Source of the DNA: a virus
Direction: 5' to 3' (one strand)
Virus record (IMG/VR): IMGVR_UViG_3300005748_000026
Coordinates: 2,808 to 66,807 of that record
Length of the DNA: 64,000 nt
A program made the translations under genes and the position numbers. A model generated the notes under the pieces. That model was not told the origin of the DNA. It worked only from the letters and a program-made list of their open reading frames with translations, and made no database searches. Positions 46,703 through 56,938 of the stretch are shown here, in pieces (the stretch's first letter is position 1; each line of letters opens with the position of its first letter).

Positions 46703-47138
46703 AATTATGCTTGTAAAATATGAATGGGGCAGCTATTTCACTTAGCCTTACAAATTTCCCTTTCTCTTCAAGAACACAATCTATTACACCATCATTATTC
46801 TCTAAAAATACAATCATGCTTTCTTCTATAGCTCTTGCTGTATTTACCTTCTTTTCTGAATCTTCAACTTCTTTGGAAAATAAATCTATAAGTCTTTGGC
46901 GAGTATTTGGTGTGGCAGATAAGAAGTCTTCCTTAGTAAAGTCTCCAGATAAATAAAGCTGCAAAGATTCAAACCTGCATATAAGGTCTGTTAAATCATC
47001 TCTCATTCTAACAACCTCAGTTTCAAACGAAACATCCTCCAATAATGATTCAAGCCTACTTCTTTCCGATAAGTCTTGAGTAATTGTTCTTAAACTATCT
47101 TTTAAGCTCTCTATTGTATGAGTGTAAAATCCTTCCAT
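46701..47138 (-). CDS. hypothetical protein
   Basis: 145 aa; its TAA stop forms the first TAAC of array D. Confidence 0.65.
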   Translation of the reverse strand: MEGFYTHTIESLKDSLRTITQDLSERSRLESLLEDVSFETEVVRMRDDLTDLICRFESLQLYLSGDFTKEDFLSATPNTRQRLIDLFSKEVEDSEKKVNTARAIEESMIVFLENNDGVIDCVLEEKGKFVRLSEIAAPFIFYKHN

Positions 47139-47410
47139 TATGAAATAGTATATGTGTTATCTATGTTTTTAGTCATTACTGGTACTCCTGTTAATTTCTT
47201 AACATTATGAGTAAGCATCCTCTTTTCAAATTTATTTCTCTCTAACTCTCTTAATAAATGGTTTCTCTTTTCAATACAACAACACCCATCCTCAGTAAAC
47301 AAACCATTAATCATACGCTCTTCAACATTGTCAAGAAGACTTCTGATGTCTTTTATTTGAGAATTTAAAACATCCACCTCTTCCCGTTCTTTTTTATTCA
47401 GAGACTTCAT
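47138..47410 (-). CDS. hypothetical protein
   Basis: 90 aa, coupled. Confidence 0.55.
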   Translation of the reverse strand: MKSLNKKEREEVDVLNSQIKDIRSLLDNVEERMINGLFTEDGCCCIEKRNHLLRELERNKFEKRMLTHNVKKLTGVPVMTKNIDNTYTIS

Positions 47411-47750
47411 CTTCTCTAAGTATTAAGTTAGTTCCGTTTCTCATAACCTCTGATGCTTCTGCTAATGTAAACAACTGACTAGGAGTTATCTTACCTATAT
47501 TCCTAGCAAGTATATCAAAGGACTTTGAAACCTCTACATAAGTATCTGAGTTTCCTTCGTATATGGCTTTACCATAGTCATCCATGATACTCTCTGCTGT
47601 CTTTAAAAAGTTGTTGGCTGAGTTTTTGAACTTATGCTTAAAAACCTTATACCCAGAAAGCTCGTCATAAGCCTCTAAAAATGCTTGCGCTCCCAATACA
47701 CTCATGGTTACATAAAGCATCTCCCTTTTAATCCTATCCTCTCTTGTCAT
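47394..47750 (-). CDS. hypothetical protein
   Basis: 118 aa. Confidence 0.6.
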   Translation of the reverse strand: MTREDRIKREMLYVTMSVLGAQAFLEAYDELSGYKVFKHKFKNSANNFLKTAESIMDDYGKAIYEGNSDTYVEVSKSFDILARNIGKITPSQLFTLAEASEVMRNGTNLILREDEVSE

Positions 47751-48123
47751 ATTGATTTAATTTTATTTTTAAATAATCCTTGTAATAATCTACTTCTGAT
47801 TCCACAACCATATAACCTACTCCATTTATAGTAATAATAGCATTGGCTTCTAATACCATTTGGAAATTAATCTCCTTTATCTTCTCATTTCCCTTGTAGA
47901 ACTTGGTGGTGTTGCATCTTGTCTCAACATAATACAATGCTTCATCGTCAAACTCATTATTTGTAAATGCTGCCCTTGATACCAATAGATTCTTAATAAC
48001 AGACTTGATGAAATTTAACTCAGTCAAAGCATCAACACCAGTACCTTCAAATACACCCTCATGCTCTTTAATTAAATTAATTGCTAACTCTTCTCCCTTC
48101 ATTTGTTCCTTTGTTTGGTGCAA
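47734..48123 (-). CDS. hypothetical protein
   Basis: 129 aa. Confidence 0.6.
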   Translation of the reverse strand: MHQTKEQMKGEELAINLIKEHEGVFEGTGVDALTELNFIKSVIKNLLVSRAAFTNNEFDDEALYYVETRCNTTKFYKGNEKIKEINFQMVLEANAIITINGVGYMVVESEVDYYKDYLKIKLNQYDKRG

Positions 48124-48137
48124 TATAGTAATTATTT

Positions 48138-48530
48138 TTAATTCACAGTAATACTCACTTCTATTCTTGGATTTTTTTTGTCGATACTAAATGTTTCTTC
48201 CCATCCATCTATCTCAGCCCATCCATCATTATCCATTTTCTTTGCTGTTACCAACCCATCAAATATGAATTTCTTAGCAGCGGATATATTATCCTTGTCT
48301 TTGCGTTTAGAAGAGCAATAGTATGTTATTGAGAAGAAAGCATCTTTGGGTATGGCAGGCAACTTGCCGCAACATAAAGCTACATATCCAGTCCATTTCT
48401 TTTTCATCTTAGAGTAGTTCCCATAGTGTGACTTTGCAGCTTTCACTATCTCGTTCATAGATGGTAACTCTCCTTGTATTGTGAAGTGTAGATTAGATTG
48501 ACTCAAGGATGTTTTGGTTTGTAAGACCAC
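48138..48530 (-). CDS. RusA-like Holliday junction resolvase
   Basis: LPSMNE, RKDKDNI....K.I.DGL....DNDG, PRIEV. Confidence 0.8.
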   Translation of the reverse strand: MVLQTKTSLSQSNLHFTIQGELPSMNEIVKAAKSHYGNYSKMKKKWTGYVALCCGKLPAIPKDAFFSITYYCSSKRKDKDNISAAKKFIFDGLVTAKKMDNDGWAEIDGWEETFSIDKKNPRIEVSITVN

Positions 48531-48885
48531 TTACTATTTCTAGTAGCCTGTTGTTAAGGTATTTTTCTTTGATACTATCAGATGGTGTGGCGTGTAGCCT
48601 TATCACTTCCATACATTCATCCAACAATTTTTTTACACTTTTATTCTGTTCTATTTCGTAGAACTTGCTCATGGCGTAATGTACTGTTGAATGGTCTCTA
48701 TTCACCTCACTACCTATGTCTTGTGAAGAATATGATGTGTGGTTTTTAGCAATGTAAAAGTACACCAACCTTGCAAATACGTGTTTTGTTCTTCTGCTTT
48801 TTGAAGACAAATCTACTCCTGCTTTTGACTCTACAAGTCTTTTTATCTGTTTAAGTGTCATTATGTATTGAAGATTAGTTCGCAT
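48493..48885 (-). CDS. DnaA C-terminal HTH domain protein
   Basis: SKSRR...VFAR..Y.Y ... IG..VNRDHSTV.YA. Confidence 0.8.
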   Translation of the reverse strand: MRTNLQYIMTLKQIKRLVESKAGVDLSSKSRRTKHVFARLVYFYIAKNHTSYSSQDIGSEVNRDHSTVHYAMSKFYEIEQNKSVKKLLDECMEVIRLHATPSDSIKEKYLNNRLLEIVSGLTNQNILESI

Positions 48886-49133
48886 GGTTGGTCTATAATC
48901 ATTCTCAAGACTTTTTTCTCTTCTGTTTTGTCTGTTGTTCCGATAATCTGGTAAGCCACCACACCAAATAGTTCATAATAATTAGAATCCATTACAATAT
49001 CAGTAATTCTTATTCTACCTGAGTTCATTTCTTGACCTACACATAATGACATCTTACCACCGCCTGCCGAAGCATAAGGGTATGTTATTTTATAAATGTC
49101 AAATGAGTCCATGTATTCTGTTAACTTGTTCAT
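48861..49133 (-). CDS. hypothetical protein
   Basis: 90 aa. Confidence 0.6.
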   Translation of the reverse strand: MNKLTEYMDSFDIYKITYPYASAGGGKMSLCVGQEMNSGRIRITDIVMDSNYYELFGVVAYQIIGTTDKTEEKKVLRMIIDQPCELIFNT

Positions 49134-49144
49134 GTTGTTTTATT

Positions 49145-49474
49145 TTAATTAACTATCCACACCGTAGCAGGAGTACAATGTGCTTTAGGATTACTTACTG
49201 ATTTATATCCACCTCGTCTTATCAATCCACTTTTAGCAGCACTTCTTACAATGCCACCCCAAGCTCTTGCACTAGGAGGTGAGGGAACTTCGCCTACAGA
49301 CGCTTCCCTAACTTCTTCTATCATAAATAAACGATGAGACTTTGCGTACTTAACTAAGAAACTATACGCAATTTCACTCCAAGAAGGCTCTACTTCATTT
49401 GCATGGTCTAAGGCTTTCTGAATACCTATCTCCATCTGAATAGAGCCATTGAAAATATCTAATTGATTCCCCAT
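49145..49474 (-). CDS. hypothetical protein (winged-helix-like)
   Basis: PPSARAWGGIVR.AAK.GLI. Confidence 0.6.
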   Translation of the reverse strand: MGNQLDIFNGSIQMEIGIQKALDHANEVEPSWSEIAYSFLVKYAKSHRLFMIEEVREASVGEVPSPPSARAWGGIVRSAAKSGLIRRGGYKSVSNPKAHCTPATVWIVN

Positions 49475-49500
49475 AACAAGTTGTTTATGGGTGCAATGTA

Positions 49501-49971
49501 CTAAAATATATTACTCTCAGCAAAACAATTTGAACGTAACCACTCAGAAACATCGAAACTTGGGCAGGCTTTTGAAGCTACTTGGTTATGACCCAATACT
49601 TTAACGTCTGGATTGTTTTCTATCTCTTCTCTGATTAATCTTTTGAGTGTAGCTATTTGAGCATCCGTTCTTGTGTCTTTAGGCTTCATCTTACTATCAC
49701 ACCCTCCTATGTAACAGAAGTGCCTTGTAACGCTGTTATATCCTCTTGCTCCATTGGTTATTTCGTTAGCATCTATCCAAGAATCTTCATTATAGTCATG
49801 TAGTACATCTACTTCTCCATCTAACTTTATTACTTTGGAATATCCTGCTCTTTTCCATCCTCTACCTCTTGGTTTTGGTGCGGTGTGCATCAGCTTTATA
49901 TCCTCTCCGTCTAAATCTCTACCTTCTGGTGTGGCAGAACAATGAATCATTAAATACTTGTACTTTCCCAT
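49501..49971 (-). CDS. endolysin, N-acetylmuramoyl-L-alanine amidase (T7-lysozyme-like)
   Basis: IHCSAT, CYIGG, GHNQ and KACPSFDV motifs. Confidence 0.9.
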   Translation of the reverse strand: MGKYKYLMIHCSATPEGRDLDGEDIKLMHTAPKPRGRGWKRAGYSKVIKLDGEVDVLHDYNEDSWIDANEITNGARGYNSVTRHFCYIGGCDSKMKPKDTRTDAQIATLKRLIREEIENNPDVKVLGHNQVASKACPSFDVSEWLRSNCFAESNIF

Positions 49972-49972
49972 A

Positions 49973-50398
49973 CTACTTAACTATTGCGTAAATTATTAAT
50001 GCTCCTCCAATTATCTTAACAACATCTCTTTCCCACCACTTCTTATCTTCATTTAACTCAATCAACTTCTGAATCTTATCTCCTAACTGTTTGTTTCTTT
50101 TATCTAACAACAACATAGAAGACTCAAGAGTATCTAAGGTGGTTCTGTATGACGAAATTATGGTGTGCTGTGTTGCGTAAGTGCTATCAAATGCAACGCT
50201 TAAATCGTCACAAGCCCTACTCTTTATAACTAATGAATTGTAAATGGTTGTTGGTAATGTAACAGTTAAACCGTCACTACTCAACTTCTGGGAATAAAGG
50301 CAATTCCCCAATGTTAGAACTAACAGAATCAATAATAACTTTCGCATCTCTCCCTTTTTGGTAATACACCACAACACGTTTTGACAAAGAAGAATCAA
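49973..50398 (-). CDS. spanin-like membrane/coiled-coil protein
   Basis: signal-like N-terminus (MRKLLLILLVL), coiled coil, C-terminal TM; overlaps the upstream gene. Confidence 0.5.
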   Translation of the reverse strand: MILLCQNVLWCITKKGEMRKLLLILLVLTLGNCLYSQKLSSDGLTVTLPTTIYNSLVIKSRACDDLSVAFDSTYATQHTIISSYRTTLDTLESSMLLLDKRNKQLGDKIQKLIELNEDKKWWERDVVKIIGGALIIYAIVK

Positions 50399-50597
50399 TT
50401 ACTCCCATCCTTTTCATAACGGAAACAGAACTTACATATATACTATCTATATCTTGGCTTATAGTTCCTATTTCGGTGTGGAGTATTGAAACTTCATCTC
50501 TAAGTTCTTCATTCTTATTGCTTAAATCTGAAATGAAATACCCTAGACACAACACCAACAATATCAAAACTATTTGAAGTATAGTATCAGTCTTCAT
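50277..50597 (-). CDS. i-spanin-like protein
   Basis: N-terminal TM plus coiled coil, within the lysis cluster. Confidence 0.5.
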   Translation of the reverse strand: MKTDTILQIVLILLVLCLGYFISDLSNKNEELRDEVSILHTEIGTISQDIDSIYVSSVSVMKRMGVIDSSLSKRVVVYYQKGRDAKVIIDSVSSNIGELPLFPEVE

Positions 50598-50799
50598 CTT
50601 CTACAAATAAATCCTTTGCCCACATTGATACTACCGCTAATACTAAGAATATATATCCAACATAATCAGAAGGAGCTTTCATTATGTCAAAAGCAGAAAT
50701 ACCACCGAATATTGACGATGTTACTTTAGCTAACGAAACAATCCAATCAGGAGTTTTCTTAGCTCTTCTCTCCTTTATTTTTGTTACGACTTTTATCAA
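50587..50799 (-). CDS. holin-like membrane protein
   Basis: R..KTP.W followed by two TM segments. Confidence 0.5.
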   Translation of the reverse strand: MIKVVTKIKERRAKKTPDWIVSLAKVTSSIFGGISAFDIMKAPSDYVGYIFLVLAVVSMWAKDLFVEDED

Positions 50800-50986
50800 T
50801 TCTTATCTTTTGACGGATTATAAAATACATATTAACACAAGCCATTACAGATAGTATTGCTCCTGCTATTATGCCTATTGGCTTAAACACATTCGACACA
50901 TCTAACAACAACCCTGTGGCTGTACTAGCAGTACCTAATACCGCTGCTAAATAAGTCTTTATGTTAGATATACTTTCGTGCATCAT
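50759..50986 (-). CDS. holin-like membrane protein
   Basis: two TM segments and a basic C-terminus; promoter at 50994. Confidence 0.5.
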   Translation of the reverse strand: MMHESISNIKTYLAAVLGTASTATGLLLDVSNVFKPIGIIAGAILSVMACVNMYFIIRQKIRIDKSRNKNKGEKS

Positions 50987-51009
50987 CTTAATACAAATAT
51001 ACGGATTTA

Positions 51010-53397
51010 TCACCCAACTAAATATTTCTTAATCGTTAAAGACGCTTCTCCTGTAGTTATGTTTGTCCCTGTGTTTTCATAAGCTCTAACTGAAAGACTT
51101 ATATTTCCCCCTACCACACTAAATTGTGCTTTAGATGACACACCTGCATCTGAGGTAGAACCAGCACCTAAACCACCAGATGTAACAACACCATACTGTC
51201 TATAAGTTCTTCCTGTAGAACCTCCTATCTCTACCCCATCTGCAAACAAAGCTAATGAACCTTTATCATCTGAACCAATATTCATCCAACCACTATAAAG
51301 AACCTCGTATAAATCAGCAGGAGGGAGAGTAATAGTAAGACCTGATAATTCGGTATAAGTTCCTGTTAATGCCTGCCCCCCATTATGTTCTAAATCTAAA
51401 TTACCCACTAGGTCAAATCTTACAGGTCTTGCAGAGTGAACTCTTACACTTAAAATACCATTAACTGTATTTGTGACAACCTGCCCTATTTCAACTACAT
51501 AATTAGGGTCTGCTGTAATTGCAGATACAGGTGGTTTTGTATTAGATAACCCACCAACTACTGTGTGAGATAGGTAAAGTATATCTCCTACATTAAATGA
51601 ACTTAAATCCATACCTAACCTACCTATAGATGTAGCATATCCTTTTGTGCCATCTGGAACATCATGTGTTGCTACTCCAATAGGATTATTCCCTGCAAAG
51701 GTAGAATCTGCTATTGCAGGTACAGCATTTCTATATAAGCCTGTAACAGTACCGTCTGCTGAAACTACTGTTCCATTTGTAATTGTAGAACCTGTATCAT
51801 TCCAAAACTCTACTAATGTCTCTTTACCTACCTGAATACTCATGTCAGATACTTCATTGTAGTAAGAAAGACCATATTCTTGGTCGTAATACATTCTGCC
51901 CTCTTGATGAGTTGGGTTAGCAATACTTGTTTCTAAATCTATACCATTAAACTTCCAAATGTTAGTTATGGTTTGGACTGTTGTTTTAATATTAGACCAC
52001 CATGCTCCCAATTTACTTGGGGTAATAATTCTAGTATTATCTGATTCAGCTATTGTTTCAGCATTAGTAGCTATTTCTGCAATACCTTGTACCGATTCTG
52101 TAGCCTGAACTTCATCTCCTGTATTGGTTGCAGCATCAGCATATCTTCCATCTAAATCAACTACTACATCTGATTGATTTAATACGTTTAAAGTAAGTTC
52201 TCCGTTAGAAGTATTAAAACTCCCTCCATTTAAGTAATCATTTCCATCACCTCCTGCCCCACTAATATCTGTGAAGTTAGCAGTTAAAGTACCTCCGTCT
52301 TGTTGTGTTAATGTTATTGTTTTAGTAGTTGTTCCCGATACAGATACACCTACTATATGATTATCATAAGCCGTATTCCAATCAGTAGAATTATCAGTAA
52401 ACCCATAGTCGGTTAGCAAGTTGCTAGGTGTGAAATGAGATAAGTCTGATATTTGACTTTCTGTAATTGTTATTGCGCTCTCATGTTGAGTAACGTCTAG
52501 CTCTGTAACAGTATAAGATGATATGTAACCACTATCATTTGTTAATTCAGATATGTTATCTCCACTTTGCAAAGCACTATCTGCTAATGCTCCTTGTGCG
52601 GCAGTAGCATAATCAGCATCATTAAAATCCGTTATGTCTGCTTTTACATGAGTGTGGTTTAGTAAAGAATATCTCCCATCTATACTCTCTACAATGTTTG
52701 GCTGACCTGTTACTTGGAATGTTAAATCTCCTGTTGTATTGTTGAATGTAACACTACTTAAAAAGTCATTACCATCTGCGCCAATGCCAGATAAATCATT
52801 AAAGTTAGCTGTTAATGTTCCACCATCTTGCTGTGTTAGCGTAATTGTCTTTGTTGTTGTTCCAGTAACCTCTATATCGACAATATGATTATCATAAGCT
52901 ACATTCCAATCAGTAGAATTATCAGTAAACCCGTAATCAGTTAAAAGGTTACTTGGTGTAAAGTGAGATAAATCACTTATTTGGCTTTCTGTAATTGTTA
53001 ATGCTGCTTCGTGCTGTGTTACATCTGATTCTGATACCGAAGTTAAGTATCCACTATCATTTACTAACTCAGAAATATTATCCCCACTTTCTAAAGCACC
53101 CACATCAGAAGCGGTTGTACCATGTGGATTAGTACCATCATCTAAGTTTAATGCACTATGTTCTGTTACTCCACCGCCTAAAACCTTTGCCACAAGGTCT
53201 CCATCTGCAATAGTGGGATGATACCAATATTCAGTTCCGTTAATTGAAACTGTTAAATTAGGGTATCTTAATACTGCGCTTATACCTGCATTTACCTCTG
53301 CTACGCTAGTCCAAGGAGTATTATCTGCTCTATGGTATCTAGGGTCTTGTGGCTTATTAGCTTGTACGGATATATTATCATTTAAAGGTATTGCCAT
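51010..53397 (-). CDS. tail fibre protein with internal duplication
   Basis: 795 aa; 176-aa-period repeat; ATESVQGIAEIAT.AE ... RIITPSKL fibre motif. Confidence 0.7.
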   Translation of the reverse strand: MAIPLNDNISVQANKPQDPRYHRADNTPWTSVAEVNAGISAVLRYPNLTVSINGTEYWYHPTIADGDLVAKVLGGGVTEHSALNLDDGTNPHGTTASDVGALESGDNISELVNDSGYLTSVSESDVTQHEAALTITESQISDLSHFTPSNLLTDYGFTDNSTDWNVAYDNHIVDIEVTGTTTKTITLTQQDGGTLTANFNDLSGIGADGNDFLSSVTFNNTTGDLTFQVTGQPNIVESIDGRYSLLNHTHVKADITDFNDADYATAAQGALADSALQSGDNISELTNDSGYISSYTVTELDVTQHESAITITESQISDLSHFTPSNLLTDYGFTDNSTDWNTAYDNHIVGVSVSGTTTKTITLTQQDGGTLTANFTDISGAGGDGNDYLNGGSFNTSNGELTLNVLNQSDVVVDLDGRYADAATNTGDEVQATESVQGIAEIATNAETIAESDNTRIITPSKLGAWWSNIKTTVQTITNIWKFNGIDLETSIANPTHQEGRMYYDQEYGLSYYNEVSDMSIQVGKETLVEFWNDTGSTITNGTVVSADGTVTGLYRNAVPAIADSTFAGNNPIGVATHDVPDGTKGYATSIGRLGMDLSSFNVGDILYLSHTVVGGLSNTKPPVSAITADPNYVVEIGQVVTNTVNGILSVRVHSARPVRFDLVGNLDLEHNGGQALTGTYTELSGLTITLPPADLYEVLYSGWMNIGSDDKGSLALFADGVEIGGSTGRTYRQYGVVTSGGLGAGSTSDAGVSSKAQFSVVGGNISLSVRAYENTGTNITTGEASLTIKKYLVG

Positions 53398-53400
53398 TTC

Positions 53401-54867
53401 TTAGCTATTTCTTAACTGCATAGAACCACTTGTATTTGTGGCATAGTTTGATACATAAAATTTGTATTCAATATTATTCCAAAATACACTAGGGCTGTCT
53501 ATTAAAAGTAATTGTTCATCTCCAAATAAGTTAGCTCCCCCTCCTATACTTCCATTATTTAGTGCATCTACATACCATTTAGTTTTACTAGTAGATGTTG
53601 AAGGTATTGCAAACCATATATACTCAGCACTTGCTCCAAATGTTACAGTCACCGTCCCTGTAGATGTAGATACTTGCTTTGTAGCTCCGTTTACTAATGC
53701 TTGATTGATTGTTGGGGAAGATACTGATGTTCCAAAAAATACAGGGTAAATACCTACTACTGTTCTATCTGTTGAATCCACCGAACCTGCTAGTATCTTA
53801 CCTGTTGGGTCTGGTACTCCTAAGTTGTTGTTTTTTGTTGCTCCTTCATCATAATAAACTGTACCATCATACACAGTGTTTCCTAATGGCACGGTCAATG
53901 TTTCGCTGAATACGTTTGTGGCTGATACTATTACTCCATTCTTTTTAATTTCCTCACTATTCTTAGCACCTGCATCATTCTGATTAAAGGTTTGAGTAAT
54001 ATTTATACTTTCATCAGTACCTACCTCTCTTGTTCTGTTTACATTTGTTATACTTGCAGTAGGCTGTGTGTATGTAGGTGGTTCTGAAATTTCAGCTAGT
54101 ATCACACCTATTGTATCATTTGCAACTACATCCGTCAAATAGGTATGCTCATCCTCTGTTATGTGATAGTACTCATTTGCTATACCTCCTTGTAGTCCAT
54201 TTAAGTCGTTGTGGTCTATTGCTGATAATGACGTTAAATATCCACTATCATTTACTAATTCACTTATATTATCCCCACTTTGAAGTGAAGAATCAGCTAA
54301 TAAACCTTGTGCTGACGTTGCATAATCAGCATCGCTAAAGTCGGTTATATCAGCTTTTAAGTGCGTGTGTCCTAATAAAGAGTATCTACCATCTATGTTT
54401 TCTACAATGTCTGGCTGACCTGTTACGCTATAAGTTACATCTCCCGTTGTTGGATTGAAAGATACCGAAGATAAATAATCATTCCCATCAGCACCAACAC
54501 CACTTAAATCTACAAAGTTTGCGCTTAATGTACCTCCACTTCTTTGAGTTAATGTTATTGTCTTATTTGTTGTGCCTGTAACTTCTATATCTGTTATAGT
54601 CTCGTTATAAGCATCATTCCAATCAAATGAGTTGTCTAACTCTTCGGCAATAGCCTCTCTACTTGTTATCCACTCACCACCTTCATATTGATACCAACCA
54701 CTCGGATAATAAGTGCCTCCAAGTGAATAAGGTAGCCAACTAGTTCCTTGAGATTGTCTTACATAAGCCAAGTCTCCTTCTTCACCTGCAACTAAATCAT
54801 TATAAGTACCTACATTTTGATATGCAGGGGCAGTAGAAGGTGGTGTATATGATAATCCTTGAGCCAT
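53401..54867 (-). CDS. tail fibre-related protein
   Basis: shares a block of about 130 aa with the 795-aa protein; HNDL.GLQGG...EYYH motif. Confidence 0.65.
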   Translation of the reverse strand: MAQGLSYTPPSTAPAYQNVGTYNDLVAGEEGDLAYVRQSQGTSWLPYSLGGTYYPSGWYQYEGGEWITSREAIAEELDNSFDWNDAYNETITDIEVTGTTNKTITLTQRSGGTLSANFVDLSGVGADGNDYLSSVSFNPTTGDVTYSVTGQPDIVENIDGRYSLLGHTHLKADITDFSDADYATSAQGLLADSSLQSGDNISELVNDSGYLTSLSAIDHNDLNGLQGGIANEYYHITEDEHTYLTDVVANDTIGVILAEISEPPTYTQPTASITNVNRTREVGTDESINITQTFNQNDAGAKNSEEIKKNGVIVSATNVFSETLTVPLGNTVYDGTVYYDEGATKNNNLGVPDPTGKILAGSVDSTDRTVVGIYPVFFGTSVSSPTINQALVNGATKQVSTSTGTVTVTFGASAEYIWFAIPSTSTSKTKWYVDALNNGSIGGGANLFGDEQLLLIDSPSVFWNNIEYKFYVSNYATNTSGSMQLRNS

Positions 54868-55196
54868 TAATCTACTGTATCATCGTGGGTAAACTGGTCA
54901 TCAAATACAGGAATAATTTGATTATTCTTTACTTGGTCTCTGTCAGCTTTTACACTACTATGTAGTTTTCTAAATGATGCTAAGTTAAGTTGGAAGTTTC
55001 TACCTGTTTCCCTGTAAAGTACTTCATTACCTTCTTCATCTTTATTACCTAAGCAACCATAATACTTTGCTTCCTTACCTGATTCTGTGGTAATAGGGTA
55101 ATCAATTACTCTAAAGTAAATTCTGTTACATGGCTTCTCGCCTAATAATGCAGGTAAAGTCATTGGGCTTAATCCTACTGCTTCGTGATTATTCAT
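54867..55196 (-). CDS. hypothetical protein
   Basis: 109 aa, in the fibre cluster. Confidence 0.55.
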   Translation of the reverse strand: MNNHEAVGLSPMTLPALLGEKPCNRIYFRVIDYPITTESGKEAKYYGCLGNKDEEGNEVLYRETGRNFQLNLASFRKLHSSVKADRDQVKNNQIIPVFDDQFTHDDTVD

Positions 55197-55215
55197 TGTT
55201 TATTTGTTTTTATTG

Positions 55216-56934
55216 TTATAATTTAATTCTTAGCTCTCCTGTTGCAGTCATATAAATATCTCCTTGTACTAACCCTCCTACACCTGCTGCTGCATCATCA
55301 ACATAGGTAGATAATTGAGAAGCATTTATAGTTCCTTTAGCATAAGTATGTGTGATACTATCATTACCAATAGTAACTGTATTAGAACCTTTACCTTCAG
55401 CTAAATGCCCTATAACAATCTGATTGGTTTGGTTAATGTCTTGAGGTTTTGTTAATGCACCTAAGAACAATGAATTATTTGATTTAGTATTGTTGCCACC
55501 AACTACAACTTCTCTACCCGCATAGTACCCTATTGATACTGTATTTAAACCAACTGAATATCTAAGTGATTCTGTACCTATTGCTATGTTTTGATAAACT
55601 TGTGTAGAGCCATCAACAGCGTCCCTCATAGCGGATGTCCCTAATGCTATGTTTTGATACCCTAAAAAGGGAGTGGTTATATTCGTTAAAAGTGAACTAT
55701 GTCCTATTGCTATATTTAATTGACTATTATCTAAATACCTTGCAGCCCTATATCCGAGTGCTGTGTTACCACTGTTTCCAACTACCTCAAGTGATTCTTT
55801 ACCTACAGATGTATTGAAACTCGCTAAAAGGTTATTTGTTTGTGAACCTCTACCTATTGCAGTATTATCATTACCTCCCGTTTTATTAGACATGGATAAT
55901 ACCCCAACTGCTGTATTTGATGAAGCATTGTTTAGGGATTTTAATGTTTGGTAGCCAATAGCAACATTAGAGCTGATACTATCCCCATCGCTCAATGTTT
56001 GGTATCCAATAGCAACATTTGAAGTACTATCAACCACCGAATTTAATGCTCGAAATCCAAATCCAGTATTGCTTCTATTTGCTAAATCATCATTAACACC
56101 TGCTCCTTCACCAAAATAGGTACTAAACCCTAATCCTGTCTGTGATACTAAACCTTGGAATAAGGTATTACCTTCTACCTGCAACTCTTCCCCTGTTGAA
56201 GCTACAGAACGATTTATCATTACTTTACCTAAAACATCTAAGGCTTCTCTTGGGGTATCAGTTACATCTGCTGCATTTAATAGTGTGTTACCTCTATAAG
56301 ACTGGTAAGTGTTATCCATGTACCAATCATCATTATTAGTAGTACCTCTATATTTCAATGAATAATTAGACGTATCATAGATAAAGTATCTTGCTGATGC
56401 CCCAGATGTTATCCCGTTAGACATTATAATTTGAGAATCATCAGGAGCTATTAAGTCAATAGGGTATGAGTCTGATTTTACTATAAATCTATTAGTCCTA
56501 ATCCCGATTTCACCTCTTAGTGTAGCTCCTTGATAAAAGGACATCCAAGCATTTCTCGTCCCTGAACTTCCCATATTGAACCTTAATTCAGGGTCTTCTG
56601 CTACAAGTGTTAGCACATTATTGGTACTTCCTGTAAGATATGTATCTCCTAATACATTTAAAGAATAATTAGCATCATCATTGCCATCTAATACACCTAT
56701 ATTTAACCTATCACTTATCCAAGCATTAGAAGTAGTTTGAGGAGAAGCTATTTGATTTTGGATAAAGTCGTCTTCAAGATTTACAAAGTCCGTATTTACC
56801 CCATTAGGGTCATCATACTCAATCTCAATAATATATGGGTTTGAAGGATTTTTTCTAAAGTCTAAAACCGTTAAACCGCCATTTTCTCCTACAACTGCGC
56901 CTCCACGCGAAAAATCTAATCCTTGTCCTCCCAT
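55216..56934 (-). CDS. fibre/adhesin with NxAIG (YadA-head-like) beta-roll repeats
   Basis: repeated SNVAIG/NTAVG/NTAIG/NIAIG units. Confidence 0.7.
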   Translation of the reverse strand: MGGQGLDFSRGGAVVGENGGLTVLDFRKNPSNPYIIEIEYDDPNGVNTDFVNLEDDFIQNQIASPQTTSNAWISDRLNIGVLDGNDDANYSLNVLGDTYLTGSTNNVLTLVAEDPELRFNMGSSGTRNAWMSFYQGATLRGEIGIRTNRFIVKSDSYPIDLIAPDDSQIIMSNGITSGASARYFIYDTSNYSLKYRGTTNNDDWYMDNTYQSYRGNTLLNAADVTDTPREALDVLGKVMINRSVASTGEELQVEGNTLFQGLVSQTGLGFSTYFGEGAGVNDDLANRSNTGFGFRALNSVVDSTSNVAIGYQTLSDGDSISSNVAIGYQTLKSLNNASSNTAVGVLSMSNKTGGNDNTAIGRGSQTNNLLASFNTSVGKESLEVVGNSGNTALGYRAARYLDNSQLNIAIGHSSLLTNITTPFLGYQNIALGTSAMRDAVDGSTQVYQNIAIGTESLRYSVGLNTVSIGYYAGREVVVGGNNTKSNNSLFLGALTKPQDINQTNQIVIGHLAEGKGSNTVTIGNDSITHTYAKGTINASQLSTYVDDAAAGVGGLVQGDIYMTATGELRIKL

Positions 56935-56938
56935 AATA

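Noticed and set aside
51010-54867. Diversity-generating retroelement TR/VR pair
   Set aside because: All repeat copies are coding, the differences are not adenine-specific, and there is no reverse transcriptase in the window.
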